From assembly GCA_963730155.1 (NCBI GenBank), contig CAVSQV010000003.1, positions 2,723,226 to 2,787,225 on the forward strand: DNA of 64,000 nucleotides, written 5' to 3'. The stretch comes from an uncultured Acidobacteriota bacterium (GTDB lineage: Bacteria; Acidobacteriota; Thermoanaerobaculia; Multivoradales; JBCCEF01). Within the stretch, counting starts at the first letter, position 1. Every line of letters starts with the position of its first letter. This document shows positions 62,608 through 64,000 of the stretch, in pieces. The notes under the pieces are model-generated. The model saw only the letters and a program-made list of their open reading frames with translations. It did no database searches and was not told the origin of the DNA. The position numbers and the translations under genes are program-made.

Positions 62608-64000
62608 TCAGAAGGTCAGGGTCAGGTTCAGGAAGCCGAGGTAGAGCGGATCGCCGGACTCGTAGACGTCCTCGAACCCCTCCCCGGGGAGGAGGGCGGC
62701 GACGCCGCCGAGGAGGATCACGTTGTTGTTCAGCCACGGCCGCCACCGCGCGCCGAGCGAGAGGTCCCAGCCGATCTCCTCGTCGATCGGGGCCTGGAAC
62801 AAGACCAGCTCGAGGGTCTCGGTGGTGTCGAAGCGGAGGTGGTTGACGGTCGCCACGGCCTTCACCTCCGGGGTCAGCTCGAGGTCGACGCCGGCGGAGA
62901 GGAGGACGAGCCCCGGGTTGACGAAGTTCGGCTGCCCCTCCTCCTTGCTGCTCTTGAGGCTCGGCAGCAGGCTCCCGCGGTTGACCAGGGTCACGCCGGT
63001 GCCGGCGAGGCGGATGCCGAGCCGGTTCCAGAACGAGAAGCCGCCGCCGGCGAAGGCCGGGTTGTCGAAGATGGCGTCGAACCCCTCGGCGTCGCGGTCG
63101 GTCGGGTCGTCGTCTCCGGAGGCATAGAGGAGCGCCAGTTTCGGGCGGAACCAGTTCTTGTCGTAGGAGACCTCGACGGCGCCGAAGAGCGCCTCGACGT
63201 CGACCCCGCGCTCGCCGGTGAACGGGTTGTCGCCGGCGATCGGGTTCAGGCTGTCGTCGCCGGTGACGAAGTAGAGCGCGTGGTCGACGTTCCAGCGGCC
63301 GACGTGGCCGAAGCTCGCCCAACCCAGGTAGAGCGCCTCGATCTCGTGCGGGGTGAACGAGCCGACCGGGTCGGGGCGGGCGAGGAAGCCGTTGCGGTCG
63401 AAGTGGAAGGTCGGCTCGTCGCGCAGCCAGTGGAGCGACAGCTCGTGGGTCCAGCCCGGGGCCAGGGTGTCCTGGCGGTAGACGTTGGCCACCGCCACCT
63501 GCTGGTCGCGCCACTCGAAGGTGTTGAGGCCGCTGTTGGTGTCCTTCTCCAGCCGCTCGGCGAGGTAGAGGTTGTACTGCCAGCGGTTGGAGCGGGCGTT
63601 GCCAAAGAGGCGCAGGGCGAGGTTGGTGTCGGTGTAGACGAAGCCGCGGAAGTCGCTCGAGAACGGCTGGATGCCGGCGCGCAGGGAGACGAAGTCGTAG
63701 TTGACCGAGAGGTCGGCGAGCTTGTACTCGAAGAACAGCTCCTGGAGGGAGCCGCGGCCGTCGGTGCGGTCGGTGCCGCGTCTCACGTCCGGCTTGACCA
63801 CCGCGTTCTCCTGGGTCTCGAGGTGGTTGACGTTGCCGACCAGGGTCGCCTTGACGCGCCAGTCGAAGGGCTTGAAGGCGGTCCGGCCCTGGAAGAGGTC
63901 GGCGGAGAGGGCGACGTTCTGGTTCAGGAAGGCCTGGCCGGCGTCGCCGAAGAAGTCGATCGAGCCGGGCTCGGCGGTGGAGACGCCGCTCGGGGTCGGC
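62608..64000 (-). CDS. outer-membrane beta-barrel protein, 5' end outside window
   Basis: The frame is open to the window edge. The alternating amphipathic pattern ends in the OMP-type terminus YLGFLNLTLTF. I am not confident of the family (possibly alginate-export/porin-like). The stop lies 16 nt before the decaheme gene start. Confidence 0.7.
   Translation of the reverse strand, partial: PTPSGVSTAEPGSIDFFGDAGQAFLNQNVALSADLFQGRTAFKPFDWRVKATLVGNVNHLETQENAVVKPDVRRGTDRTDGRGSLQELFFEYKLADLSVNYDFVSLRAGIQPFSSDFRGFVYTDTNLALRLFGNARSNRWQYNLYLAERLEKDTNSGLNTFEWRDQQVAVANVYRQDTLAPGWTHELSLHWLRDEPTFHFDRNGFLARPDPVGSFTPHEIEALYLGWASFGHVGRWNVDHALYFVTGDDSLNPIAGDNPFTGERGVDVEALFGAVEVSYDKNWFRPKLALLYASGDDDPTDRDAEGFDAIFDNPAFAGGGFSFWNRLGIRLAGTGVTLVNRGSLLPSLKSSKEEGQPNFVNPGLVLLSAGVDLELTPEVKAVATVNHLRFDTTETLELVLFQAPIDEEIGWDLSLGARWRPWLNNNVILLGGVAALLPGEGFEDVYESGDPLYLGFLNLTLTF

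Overview
Very GC-rich bacterial chromosomal segment. Outer-membrane beta-barrels, lipoprotein and signal peptides and an IPTL/PEP-CTERM-like sorting tail indicate a Gram-negative organism; the phylum cannot be fixed from sequence alone. Most of the window is core metabolism. This includes nrfHA (respiratory nitrite reductase), a complete F1Fo ATP synthase operon (atpZ-I-B-E-F-H-A-G-D-C, minus strand) and an ankyrin/PQQ-propeller gene. It also includes RDD and TPR proteins, ftcD, an AraC regulator, mpl, rph, murI, a GerMN lipoprotein, an AMIN-amidase and an S9 peptidase fused to an FGE/SUMF1-like domain. Further along lie a 1244-aa FG-GAP/DUF11 surface protein, a Liv-type ABC transporter, cstA, an APC permease, a NupC-family transporter, DedA and hppA. 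I saw no rRNA, tRNA or CRISPR. Accessory material consists of a vapBC plus small-membrane-protein islet wedged between the atp and nrf operons, an orphan DUF433 gene, a visibly lower-GC ~1.8 kb islet with three small ORFs (one HicB-like), and one IS1634-family element with 12-bp inverted repeats. The most interesting locus is a tightly coupled minus-strand array at 53.1-64.0 kb. It encodes an OMP, a decaheme cytochrome fused to an LVIVD beta-propeller, a second multiheme cytochrome, a TPR+beta-barrel OMP, a FecR protein and a CHASE2 adenylate cyclase. Caveat: five genes (atpA, ankyrin-PQQ, cstA, hppA, decaheme-LVIVD) need multiple frame changes to be read, while more than 40 kb of other coding sequence is clean. 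This patchiness may be an assembly artefact and limits any functional claim for those genes.
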